From: Thermoplasmata archaeon
GTDB taxonomy: Archaea > Thermoplasmatota > Thermoplasmata > Thermoplasmatales > ARK-15
Reading direction: 5' to 3'
Length of the DNA: 64,000 bases
Assembly: GCA_023261755.1 (NCBI GenBank)
Contig: JAGDXS010000028.1
Location: 13,743 to 77,742 of the forward strand
The notes under the pieces were generated by a model. The model was not told the DNA's origin. It did not search any database and was given only the letters and a program-made list of their open reading frames with translations. This document shows positions 40,221 to 53,973 of this stretch, in pieces. Each line of letters opens with the position of its first letter. Positions within the stretch are counted from its first letter, which is position 1. A program made the position numbers and the translations under genes.

Positions 40221-41070
40221 AATAAAAATTGGTACAAGAGGAAGCAAATTGGCCCTTGCTCAGGCAATGGATGTTTCTAAAAGATTGAATGAAATAGGTT
40301 TTGAAACTGAGATAATTGAAATAAAAAGCCACGGCGATGAGGATCATACACCTCTAAGATTATCAAAGGAATTTGGACTATTTACCAAAAGGATCAATGA
40401 AGAACTTTTAAACGAAAAAATAGATATTGCTGTGCATAGCATGAAGGATATACCAACAGAAATTGAAAATGGTCTTAAAATTGTTGCAGTCCTTAAAAGA
40501 GATAATTATGAGGATTTTTTTGTTTCAAATTATAATGTATTGAATTTGGAATCGGGAAAAAAGGTTGGTACATCAAGCCCAAGGAGAAGGTCCTTCTTAA
40601 AAATATTAAGACCGGATCTAGAAATTGTTGATCTGAGGGGGAATGTTGAAACAAGGTTAAAAAAGTTTGAATCCAATGAAGTTGATGCTTTGATATTAGC
40701 TTTAGCTGGATTGAAAAGACTAAATTTAAAAGTTCCTGGCTATGTTCTTGATCCTGATATATTTGTTCCTCAGGCTAACCAAGGCATAATTGCAATTGTA
40801 TCAAGGAATGATTCTTCATTTAATGGCAAAATTTCTAAGATAAATGATGAAAAAACATTTGATTTAGCAAATGTGGAAAGAGAATTCTTAAAAGAAATGG
40901 ATGCAGGATGTCACTCATCGGTTGGGATATTAGCAAGGTTTATTGGAAATAAAATCCTTGTACATGTATCCATAGTAAAAGATATAAGAATGGATTACTG
41001 GTCAATTTTTAAATTAAATGAACTAAATAATGAAATAAATAAATTCAGAAGGTGGTATAATGGCAGGTAA
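40207..41070 (+). CDS. hemC: hydroxymethylbilane synthase (porphobilinogen deaminase)
   Basis: KIGTRGSKLALAQA, DIAVHSMKD, GTSSPRR and RGNVETR. Confidence 0.9.
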   Translation: MKDYKIKIGTRGSKLALAQAMDVSKRLNEIGFETEIIEIKSHGDEDHTPLRLSKEFGLFTKRINEELLNEKIDIAVHSMKDIPTEIENGLKIVAVLKRDNYEDFFVSNYNVLNLESGKKVGTSSPRRRSFLKILRPDLEIVDLRGNVETRLKKFESNEVDALILALAGLKRLNLKVPGYVLDPDIFVPQANQGIIAIVSRNDSSFNGKISKINDEKTFDLANVEREFLKEMDAGCHSSVGILARFIGNKILVHVSIVKDIRMDYWSIFKLNELNNEINKFRRWYNGR

Positions 41071-41773
41071 AGTTTATCTTGTTGGAGCAGGACCAGGGGA
41101 TCCTGACCTTTTAACAATAAAAGCTTGGAAGATAATAAAAAAAAGTGACATAATTTTATATGATAGACTTGTGGATTCATCCATAATTAGAAAGATGCCA
41201 AAAAAAATTAAGAAAATATCTGTGGGGAAAAAAATTGGTGAAGATTCGGATGTTCAGCAGGAAAGGATAAATGAACTAATTGAGAAGTATTACAATAAAG
41301 GAAAAATAGTTGTAAGATTAAAGGGTGGTGATCCATTTCTCTTTGGAAGAGGTGGTGAAGAGGCAGAATTCATGAAAATGAAAAAAATAGATTTTGATGT
41401 AATTCCTGGAATAACATCAGCAATAGGAGTGCCTACTCATGCAAAACTTCCTTTAACGCACAGAAATTATTCTTCTTCAATTCACATTATTCCAGGCCAT
41501 CTAAAAAAGGGACATGAATTGAACTGGGAGATGATCTCTAAACTTGAGGGCACACTAGTTATTTTAATGGGAGCAAGTAAGCTGGAAGAAATTATGAATA
41601 ATCTAATGAAAAATGGGAAAAGTGAAGAAACACCTGTGTGCATTATTCAAAATGGAACAACAAAGAAAGAAAAAATTTTGAAAGGAAATATTAAAAACAT
41701 CTCAGAAATTGCAAAGGAAGTTAAGGCACCTGTTGTTATAGTAGTGGGAAAGGTGGTGAAATTACTTGATTAA
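41060..41773 (+). CDS. cobA: uroporphyrinogen-III C-methyltransferase (SUMT)
   Basis: VYLVGAGPGDPDLLT, RLKGGDPFLFGRGGEE and IPGITSA. Confidence 0.9.
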   Translation: MAGKVYLVGAGPGDPDLLTIKAWKIIKKSDIILYDRLVDSSIIRKMPKKIKKISVGKKIGEDSDVQQERINELIEKYYNKGKIVVRLKGGDPFLFGRGGEEAEFMKMKKIDFDVIPGITSAIGVPTHAKLPLTHRNYSSSIHIIPGHLKKGHELNWEMISKLEGTLVILMGASKLEEIMNNLMKNGKSEETPVCIIQNGTTKKEKILKGNIKNISEIAKEVKAPVVIVVGKVVKLLD

Positions 41774-42482
41774 AATAATTACATTCAGACCTGAAGAAAA
41801 ATTTAAGGATTTAAATGTAAGCATGGCAAAGGTAACAAACATACCCATTACAAAAATTGTAAAAAATAAAATTGATGAATTTTCATTCATGAATGATAAT
41901 TATGATTATATAATATTTACAAGTTCAATGGCAGTAGAATCTTTTAAAGATCAGGTAAAGAATTTTAGAGAATTTTTAAATGGAAAAAAAATTGTAGCGA
42001 TAGGAAATAAAACAGCTGAATCCATAGGCATGGATTGTATAGTTCCTAGTTTACAATCATCTGAAGGTATTCTTGAAACTATAAAAGATAATTCAAATGT
42101 ACTTTTAATAAGAAGTGAAAATGGTAATCCTTATTTGGTGAAAAAATTAAAACAAAAGTGTAATATTAAAATTATAAATGCATATAGGAGTGAAATTCTA
42201 GATGGAAATTTCAAAGATGTATATGATTCTCTAAAAAATGGGTATTTCGACGCGACCATATTCACTTCTTCAATGATCTTTAATTCTTACATAACCATTT
42301 TTTCGCAGTATGGAAATCCCCTTGAAATACTTCCTAAAATAATCATAGCAATAGGAAGTGAAACAGCAAGATCCATGAAAAAATACAGTCTGAATCCAAT
42401 GGTGATGGAAATACCTGATGTTGAATACAGCATAAAAAAAATTGTAGAAATATATCAAAAGTATGGTTTAAATCAAGCCTAG
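41766..42482 (+). CDS. hemD: uroporphyrinogen-III synthase
   Basis: 238 aa, two-lobed HemD-like pattern (IIFTSSMAV... / TIFTSSMIF...). Context supports it. TTG start. Confidence 0.7.
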   Translation: MIKIITFRPEEKFKDLNVSMAKVTNIPITKIVKNKIDEFSFMNDNYDYIIFTSSMAVESFKDQVKNFREFLNGKKIVAIGNKTAESIGMDCIVPSLQSSEGILETIKDNSNVLLIRSENGNPYLVKKLKQKCNIKIINAYRSEILDGNFKDVYDSLKNGYFDATIFTSSMIFNSYITIFSQYGNPLEILPKIIIAIGSETARSMKKYSLNPMVMEIPDVEYSIKKIVEIYQKYGLNQA

Positions 42483-43142
42483 TCTTTTTAATCCCTCTAC
42501 AACACCATTACCAAATTTTTTGTTTGTGATGTAATCTGCTTTTTCTTTAACTATTTCCCATGCATTTTTAACAGCTATACCTAAACCTGCATTTTCAACC
42601 ATTTCCACATCATTTTCACTATCACCAAAGGCCACTATCTCATCGGTTGATATACCTAAAATTTCTGCTGCTTTTTTCAGGCCAAAAAATTTGTTCTGCT
42701 CTTTATGCGTAATGTGTATTCCAAAACCTGTTGCCTCTACTCTAAAACCCAGTGGTATAAAAAAATTCTTTACAGATTGTATGTCCATTGTTGGCACAAG
42801 TGCGATTGAAGTTTCCCTCCACCTGTCTGTAATTATTCTCTCAGCATCTGGTTTAATTTTTTTAAATTCAATATATGCAGATTCAATATCATTCTTTTCG
42901 AAATTTTTTATTATTCTGTTTTCGTACATTAGAATGCCACCATTTTCAGAAACAATTGGACCAGATGTTCCTATAAAAATTTTGAAACCCATGGTTACTG
43001 GTAGGACATTACCACTTATAAGTATCACTTTAATTCCTTTCTTCTCTAAATTTCTGAAGGCTCTTATTACAGAAATATTTATTCTTCTTGATTCATCTGT
43101 TATTGTTCCGTCTATGTCCGTGGCCACAGCCTTGAATACCAT
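42468..43142 (-). CDS. HAD-superfamily phosphoglycolate phosphatase (archaeal type)
   Basis: ATDIDGTIT (the DxD nucleophile motif), GDSENDVEM, 224 aa. Confidence 0.75.
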   Translation of the reverse strand: MVFKAVATDIDGTITDESRRINISVIRAFRNLEKKGIKVILISGNVLPVTMGFKIFIGTSGPIVSENGGILMYENRIIKNFEKNDIESAYIEFKKIKPDAERIITDRWRETSIALVPTMDIQSVKNFFIPLGFRVEATGFGIHITHKEQNKFFGLKKAAEILGISTDEIVAFGDSENDVEMVENAGLGIAVKNAWEIVKEKADYITNKKFGNGVVEGLKRLGLI

Positions 43143-43186
43143 AATTTTGGTAAACTATAATAAATATTAAAATATTCATCCTTTAA

Positions 43187-43483
43187 GTGAAAAAGTTGAC
43201 TAAAGGATATATTAAAAACAGGGCAAGTCAATGGATTAATGAATTAATAGAAAATGCAATTGAAATGGAGAGAGAAGATAATTTAAGGCTAGAAAAGAGA
43301 TATATTTCCCTTATACTTGATATTTCAAGGCATTATAAAATAAGGATTCCAAATAAGAGATACATATGCAAAAATTGTAAATCATATCTAATTCCTGGAA
43401 AAAATGCAATTGTAAGGATAAGAAAAGGTAGAATAATAATAAAATGTATGAGATGCGGTAATATTAAAAGATTTAAAATTTAA
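43187..43483 (+). CDS. rnp4: RNase P protein component 4 (Rpp21/Rnp4)
   Basis: Basic helical N-terminus plus the zinc ribbon CKNCKSYLIPG...CMRCGN. GTG start. Confidence 0.8.
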   Translation: MKKLTKGYIKNRASQWINELIENAIEMEREDNLRLEKRYISLILDISRHYKIRIPNKRYICKNCKSYLIPGKNAIVRIRKGRIIIKCMRCGNIKRFKI

Positions 43484-43486
43484 TAA

Positions 43487-43741
43487 TCATTCTTCTTCAA
43501 AATTTTCCTGCTCTTCATCAGCAACAGTTTCAAGCTGGAAGTATACTGAAAGGCCATGAAGCGTTTCATATATTTTATCTGCAAACCAAATTGCATCGTC
43601 CACGGTGGCATTATTTCCCCAATCATAAACGAAATCGTACCACCCTGTAATAGGTCTAAAACCTAATCCCTCAAGGGCAGATACAACTTCAGATGGCTTT
43701 GCACCTTCGCTGTTGAATGTTACTTTGAGATACGTCTTCAT
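43487..43741 (-). CDS. small acidic hypothetical protein
   Basis: 84-aa ORF with a poly-acidic C-terminus (DEEQENFEEE). No family recognised. Confidence 0.45.
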   Translation of the reverse strand: MKTYLKVTFNSEGAKPSEVVSALEGLGFRPITGWYDFVYDWGNNATVDDAIWFADKIYETLHGLSVYFQLETVADEEQENFEEE

Positions 43742-43791
43742 ATTATTTCAAAATTCGCTATTGCCTATTATTATATAAAAATTTCTTTTAC

Positions 43792-44493
43792 CTAATCATT
43801 CTTGAATAATTCTAAAAAAAGTTGTAAATTCCTTTCTAAATTTAAATTCCTTATGAAAGTCAATCCTATTTTAACTTTTAACATATCATCCAGTTTATTG
43901 TGCATATCTGAACCAACGGAAATCGGTATTTCTCTATTTCTTATCAGTTTGAAAAATTCCTCAGAAAGATTGAAAAAATATTCGCTCAAGATTGTGTATA
44001 TATCATTTGCATTTATTTCTATGAAAATTTTATGTGTTTCTAAAACATCGACGAATTCATCCATGTCCACATCTTTAAAATTTCTCATAATATTGTTATG
44101 TGCAAGGCCTATGGGCACATTTATTTTTTCCAATAAATCTATTAGCTTCCAGAAGGGGTATCCATCCCAGAGGGGATCTTGAACATATTCAAAAAGAATG
44201 TAATCCAAACTATTTAATTGATCAAATGGTAAGTTTTCCAAATCTGTTCTGGGCGAAAAATCTATTTCAACTGCTGATTTCAAATTGAATTCATTTTTTA
44301 ACGAATTTAAAAAGGTAATGTAATCAAGAAGTTTATTTTTCTTTATAGATACTGTTTTTATTGTATCATAATGATCTGAAATACCGATCATTTTGAACCC
44401 ATGGCTTTTTGCAAAATTTATTATATCTTCCACTGCATAGATACCATCAGAAAATTTTGAATGTATATGAAAATCTATTAATTCATTTTCCAT
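43792..44493 (-). CDS. PHP-domain metal-dependent phosphoesterase
   Basis: IDFHIHSKFSDG and GISDHYD motifs. Confidence 0.7.
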   Translation of the reverse strand: MENELIDFHIHSKFSDGIYAVEDIINFAKSHGFKMIGISDHYDTIKTVSIKKNKLLDYITFLNSLKNEFNLKSAVEIDFSPRTDLENLPFDQLNSLDYILFEYVQDPLWDGYPFWKLIDLLEKINVPIGLAHNNIMRNFKDVDMDEFVDVLETHKIFIEINANDIYTILSEYFFNLSEEFFKLIRNREIPISVGSDMHNKLDDMLKVKIGLTFIRNLNLERNLQLFLELFKND

Positions 44494-44538
44494 AACAATT
44501 TAAGAACTTAATACACCATTATAAAGTTTTCACATATA

Positions 44539-44623
44539 TGCGGAGGGCCGGATTTGAACCGGCGAATCCCTGCGGAAGCAGATCTTGAGTCTGCCGCCTT
44601 TAGCCTGGCTCGGCAACCTCCGC
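44539..44623 (-). tRNA. tRNA-Leu (anticodon CAA)
   Basis: The rc folds as follows: acceptor GCGGAGG/CCTCCGC, anticodon stem GCAGA/TCTGC with loop CTCAAGA, a long variable arm, and T arm CCGG(T)TCAAATCCGG. Confidence 0.9.
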
Positions 44624-44651
44624 TTAAAAAATGGAAATGTAATTCTTTATT

Positions 44652-44978
44652 TTATTTTTTTCTTCTTTTATCAATTGATTGAATACTTTCGCTTACTTTT
44701 TCATTAAATTCATTTACAAGAGATTCAAGATCCTCCTTTATCTCAGATAAAAATTCTTTTAGTTTATCGTCTATATCATAAGTGATGTGATAGTATGTTG
44801 TATTAATCTTTGCAGAAAGAACATTTAAAAATGCAATTTTAGATTCAAGTTCTTCAAGAATTTTGGAAAGTTCGTTTTGTTTATCACCTATTGACTTAAT
44901 TTCTAACTTCAAATTTTCTATTTCCCTGTTAATGTTTTGCAATTCTTCTGTTATTTGTTTTTTAGAAAGCATAGGCAT
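44652..44978 (-). CDS. hypothetical coiled-coil protein
   Basis: 108-aa ORF with heptad-like E/K/L-rich sequence. No family recognised. Confidence 0.45.
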   Translation of the reverse strand: MPMLSKKQITEELQNINREIENLKLEIKSIGDKQNELSKILEELESKIAFLNVLSAKINTTYYHITYDIDDKLKEFLSEIKEDLESLVNEFNEKVSESIQSIDKRRKK

Positions 44979-45074
44979 TACTTTATCGTTATACTATTTA
45001 ATAAATTTTTTTTAAAATTCAGGATTTGGTCTTATTAAAATCTAAAAAATTAATGGACTTGGCAAAGAAAAAAT

Positions 45075-45558
45075 ATGTTGCTGAGAAGAGGATATTCTCA
45101 ACATAAAAAAGTTAATAAATTTATAGTTAAAGTAATGACCTATGACAGAATTAATTGACCATAAAACAAGAATTGCTGACCCCTGACCTTGTGGGCCCTC
45201 TATATTATTTAACAAACATTTTTAATGGTAAAACTGACATATATAAACTTGACAAGGAACTTAAAGTTGATTTTGATGATCCTGCCAATAGTTTATACTG
45301 CAGTAAAATTGGAATTTGTGTCCCTTGATTCTGTGGAAATTACAATTCTTGAGAAAGGTAAGGAATTTATAAAGCTTGGTATAAAGGAAAGAGATATTAA
45401 AAGAATCTATAAAAAACGTTGAACTTTTTGCAACACCAATTAAATTAAAAAAGTTCAGAATTCAGGGCCTGATGAATGAACTTGTTAAAAAGGACATATA
45501 CCATTATAATTCTCCATCAGAATATAATGATATAAAGGTAATACTGATAGAATGGTGA
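45075..45558 (+). pseudogene. possible decayed gene (protein-like fragments in three frames)
   Basis: Stop-free segments follow one another head to tail on the plus strand: 45075-45158 (frame 0), 45155-45328 (frame 2), 45213-45422 (frame 0) and 45385-45558 (frame 1). No single ORF spans the region, and the minus strand has no ORF. Confidence 0.3.
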
Positions 45559-45670
45559 ATATATTCAGGTTTGTTGAAAAAAGAAGGTGAATATTTTATA
45601 ATCTCTCCATCATAATTTTTATCCACAAAAATTTATTGTCATGCAATGTACTACCATTTTCAATTTCAAT

Positions 45671-45683
45671 AAAATTTATATTT
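45671..45683 (+). promoter_or_regulatory. candidate TATA box for tRNA-Lys (and possibly the rpo operon)
   Basis: AAAATTTATATTT lies about 40 nt upstream of the mature tRNA 5' end. Confidence 0.35.
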
Positions 45684-45718
45684 ACAATACGATTATGGTA
45701 AGAGCAACTACATAATTT

Positions 45719-45792
45719 GGGCCCGTAGCTCAGCTCGGTAGAGCATCTGGCTTTTAACCAGGTGGCCGGGGGTTCGAATCCCCTCGGGCCCG
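45719..45792 (+). tRNA. tRNA-Lys (anticodon UUU)
   Basis: Acceptor GGGCCCG/CGGGCCC, D arm GCTC-AGCTCGGTA-GAGC, anticodon stem TCTGG/CCAGG with loop CTTTTAA, and T arm GGGGG-TTCGAAT-CCCCT. Confidence 0.9.
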
Positions 45793-45808
45793 TTGTTAGG
45801 TGATATAA

Positions 45809-46063
45809 ATGAAAAAAGTAAATATAATGGAACATGAACTGGTTCCAGAACATTATCTATTATCTGAGGAGGAGGAAAAAGAGCTCCTGGATAAATTGCA
45901 AGTAACAAAGGACTCATTACCAAAGATAAAGAGAAGTGATCCTGCTATTAAAGTTCTTGAAAAAATTTATGGACCAATAAAGCCTGGAAGGGTGATAAAA
46001 ATAGTTAGGAAAAGCCAAACATCAGGTAAATTTATTGCATATAGGGTAGTAGTTGAAGAATGA
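45809..46063 (+). CDS. rpoH: DNA-directed RNA polymerase subunit H (Rpo5)
   Basis: HELVPEH...LPKI...DPA...G.VIKI.R.S...G....YRVVV is the RpoH signature. GGTGA lies 6 nt upstream of ATG 45809, and an alternative ATG is at 45827. Confidence 0.85.
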   Translation: MKKVNIMEHELVPEHYLLSEEEEKELLDKLQVTKDSLPKIKRSDPAIKVLEKIYGPIKPGRVIKIVRKSQTSGKFIAYRVVVEE

Positions 46064-46101
46064 AAAAGTTTTTATATAGTAATGTTTAAGGAGATGGCAG
46101 A

Positions 46102-49100
46102 ATGAATGAGATAATTGATGCGTTTTTCAAACAAAAAAGTATTGTTGGGCACCACATCGCGAGTTATAATGCTTTCATACCTACTATTGATAACCCAAAC
46201 AGCATACTCCAACAAATTGTTGATTCAACCAAAGTAACTGAAGAAGATGAACCTGGAGAGCTTACATTGGATAAATCAAAAACTGGTGGCAAAATAATAA
46301 AAATAAGATATGGCAGAAAAAAAGAGAACGGAGAAATGGGACCACCAACCGTTTACATCTCAGTCGCAAGAGGCAGGGGCGGAAGCGATGCAAATAAAAT
46401 AAATACGCCGATGGAGGCAAGGTTAAAGGATTTTACTTATTCGGCTGAGCTCGGACTCAGATTTACAGTGATAGAATGTGATGAAAATGGTGAAAGATGT
46501 CAGGAAAGCGAGCCAGAAGAGGTAAAGATTGGAGATTTACCCATAATGGTAAAAAGTAAAATTTGTGTACTTCATCCAGATAATATTGATCAGTATATAA
46601 ATGAGAATTTAAGTAGAAATCTTAAGGTACCAGGAAAAAATGATAGCTATGAAGATAAACTTAGGTTCCTTGGTGAGGATCCTAAGGATCCTGGAGGTTA
46701 TTTCATCATTTCCGGAACTGAAAGGGTATTGATCACTCTTGAGGATCTTTCACCAAATAGGATTCTTGTTGAGTACGAAGAAAAATATGATACGAAAGTG
46801 GAAACAGCAAAGGTTTTCTCTGAGAGAGAAGGCTATAGGGCACTTACATCCGTGGAAAAAAAGGTTGATGGAATTCTTGTAGTTTCAATACCAGTTATAA
46901 ATGGAAGTATAGCATTAACCGTTCTGCTTAAAGCGTTAGGTCTTGAAAAAGATGAGGATATTTATAAACTCATAGTTAGCGACAGAAGAATGGAACCTAT
47001 TGTTTTAGCCAATATAGAGGACTGTGAAAAAGAGGGAAATTACAGTGATGAGGGTATAAAAACAAAAGATGATGCAATAGAGTATTTAGAAAAAAGATTT
47101 GCAGCTGGTCAAGCAAAGGAATACAGAGAAAGGAGAATTTCCCAAATACTTGATAAAAATCTACTACCTCACCTTGGAGACAAGCCTGAGGATAGAATGA
47201 AAAAAGCCCTGTACCTCACGAGAATGGCAAAAGCTGTTCTTGAACTTCACTTCGACTTAAGAAAAGAGGATGATAAAGATCATCTTGCAAATAAAAGAAT
47301 GAAACTTTCAGGAGATCTCCTTGAAGAACTTTTCAGGCAGTCGTTTGAAGCTTTATTAAAAGATTTAAAATACCATTTAGAGAGAACATACAACAGGAAG
47401 AAGGGTATAAAGTTAAAGGCTGCGGTTAGGCAGGATGTTCTTACTCAAAAAATACTCCATGCAATGTCTACAGGTAATTGGGTAGGTGGAAGGACTGGCG
47501 TTTCCCAATTACTTGATAGAACATCGCATATGAGTATGTTAAGCCATCTTAGAAGGATATCTTCGCCTTTAACAAGATCTCAGCCCCATTTTGAGGCAAG
47601 AGATCTACATCCTACACAGTGGGGGAGGATGTGCCCAAACGAAACACCAGAAGGCCAAAATTGTGGTCTAGTTAAAAATGCTGCTCTAATAATAGATGTT
47701 TCTGAAGATGTTCCTTCTGAAGAGGTATTGAAAGATTTAATGAGATTTAATGTTAAGCATTACGATTTTGATCCTGGAAACATGAGCAGAGTCTACCTGA
47801 ACGGCGATCTTGTTGGATTTCATCCTAAGGGCCTTGAACTAACGAGAATCATAAGGGAAAAGAGAAGGAAGGGTGAGATTAATCCGAACGTAAATATAAG
47901 GTATGATGACACAACAAATGAAGTAATTATAAATTCTGACAGGGGAAGATTAAGGAGACCCTTGCTCGTTGTTGAAAAGGGTAACATAAAATATACTAAT
48001 AAGCTAAGGGAAGGCATTTTAAATGGGTCAATAAACATAGATAACCTTGTTTCCTCTGGGGTAATAGAATGGCTGGATGCTGATGAAGAAGAAAATGCCT
48101 ATATTGCCGTTTACGCTTACGACGTACCTGAAAGATGCCCAGTTTGTAATTCAATTCTTGGGAGGAATGATGTTATCTGGACAAATCTTGATAAAAGTGA
48201 TCAGAATGTGGAACTTAAATGCAAATACTGCAACAACACATTCAAGGTTCCTAAATTAATTACGCCTGAGCATACTCACCTTGAAATCGATCCTAGCCTT
48301 ATGCTTGGGCCAATTTCAGGATCAATTCCATTCCCTGATCATAATTCATCCAGCAGAATTACAATGGGTGCTGCAATGATGAAGCAGTCTCTTGGTCTTC
48401 CATGTTCGAATTACAGGAGGAGACCTGATACAAGGCAACATTTATTACATTATCCTCAGGTCCCTATAGTAAAAACAAGAAGCATAGATTTTGCAGGGTA
48501 TAATGTAAGGCCTGCGGGACAGAATATGGTCGTAGCTATTTTATCATATCAAGGTTATAACATAGAAGATGCCTTAGTAATGAATAAGGCATCCATAGAA
48601 AGAGGTCTAGGAAGATCTACTTTCTTCAGAACATATCAGACCGAGGAAAGAAGATATCCTGGTGGTGAAGAGGATAAAATAGAAATTCCGACGCCGGATG
48701 TGAGGGGTGCAAGAAGTGAAGAATCATACAAATATTTAGAGGATGATGGCTTAATACCGCCAGAAACATCTGTGAAGGGTGGAGATGTTTTAATTGGAAA
48801 AACATCACCTCCTAGGTTCCTTGAAGAACAGCCCGGTTTGCTCGGGCCTCAGAAAAGAAGGGAATCTAGTATATCAATGAGACCGGAAGAAACGGGTATA
48901 GTGGATAGTGTAATGCTCACAACATCTGAAAACAACAACAGGCTTGTAAAGATAAAGGTAAGGGATCAGAGAATACCTGAATTAGGTGATAAATTCGCAT
49001 CGAGGCATGGTCAAAAGGGTGTTTTAGGTGCAATTGTTCCTCAAGAGGATATGCCCTTTACAGAAGACGGAGTAATTCCTGATCTGGTTATAAATCCACA

Positions 49101-49724
49101 TGCCATACCATCTAGGCTTACCATAGGCCATTTACTTGAAATGGTAGGTGGCAAGGTAGGCGCATTGGAGGGTAGATTTGTTGATGCAACTGTTTTCTCT
49201 GGTGAACCTGAACAAATGCTCAGAGAATCTTTGGAAAGGCACGGGTTCAAATATAATGGCAAAGAAACAATGTATGATGGCATAACAGGAAAGAAATTCC
49301 AGGCTGATATATTCATTGGGGTGATCTACTATCAAAAATTGCATCACATGGTCGGAGGAAAGTTCCATGCAAGATCAAGGGGCCCAGTGCAGATACTCAC
49401 AAGGCAACCAACAGAAGGAAGGTCAAGGCTTGGTGGCTTGAGGTTTGGAGAAATGGAAAGGGATACCCTTATAGGGCATGGTGCTGCGTTGGTAATAAAA
49501 GATAGGCTTCTTGATCAATCTGATGGAACAATACTCTATGTATGCGGAAATCCAGATTGTGGTCATGTAGCCATATATGATTGGAAAAAGGGTAATTATA
49601 GATGTCCTGTTTGTGGAAACACCACAAACATTTACCCAATTGAAACAAGCTATGCATTCAAATTGATGAGAGATGAATTAATAAGTTTAGGGGTAATAAT
49701 GAGAATTCAACTGGGTGATTTAAA

Positions 49725-49728
<4 letters not shown>
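46102..49728 (+). CDS. rpoB: DNA-directed RNA polymerase subunit B (Rpo2), unsplit
   Basis: 1208 aa. Motifs [32 protein letters not shown] and the C-terminal zinc ribbon CGNPDCGH...CPVCGN. Confidence 0.95.
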
Positions 49729-53968
<4,240 letters not shown>

Positions 53969-53973
53969 TATAA

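Noticed and set aside
42691-43170. 159-aa plus-strand ORF
   Set aside because: It lies antisense to the HAD phosphoglycolate phosphatase gene, whose DxD and GDxxND motifs are clear. No motifs of its own.
43792-44493. PHP-domain ORF next to the RNase P protein gene, considered as RNase P component 3 (Rpp30)
   Set aside because: It carries the genuine metal-binding HxH...DG / DH PHP signature typical of histidinol-phosphatase-like enzymes. I remember Rpp30 as lacking this signature. The proximity to rnp4 is probably coincidental.
45176-45200. GC-rich patch GCTGACCCCTGACCTTGTGGGCCCTC as a possible att-site or partial tRNA duplicate
   Set aside because: It does not reproduce the 3' halves of the flanking tRNA-Leu or tRNA-Lys, and no direct repeat partner was found by eye.
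45466-45552. Possible C/D-box sRNA: CTGATGA ... ATGATA-11 nt-CTGA
   Set aside because: The C-to-D distance is about 75 nt with no D' box at the expected spacing, the C' box is imperfect, and there is no terminal stem. I think the motif matches are chance matches in AT-rich DNA.
45596-45923. 85-aa and 71-aa minus-strand ORFs
   Set aside because: They run through the tRNA-Lys gene and the rpoH start. The GC-rich tRNA sequence creates a stop-free antisense stretch.
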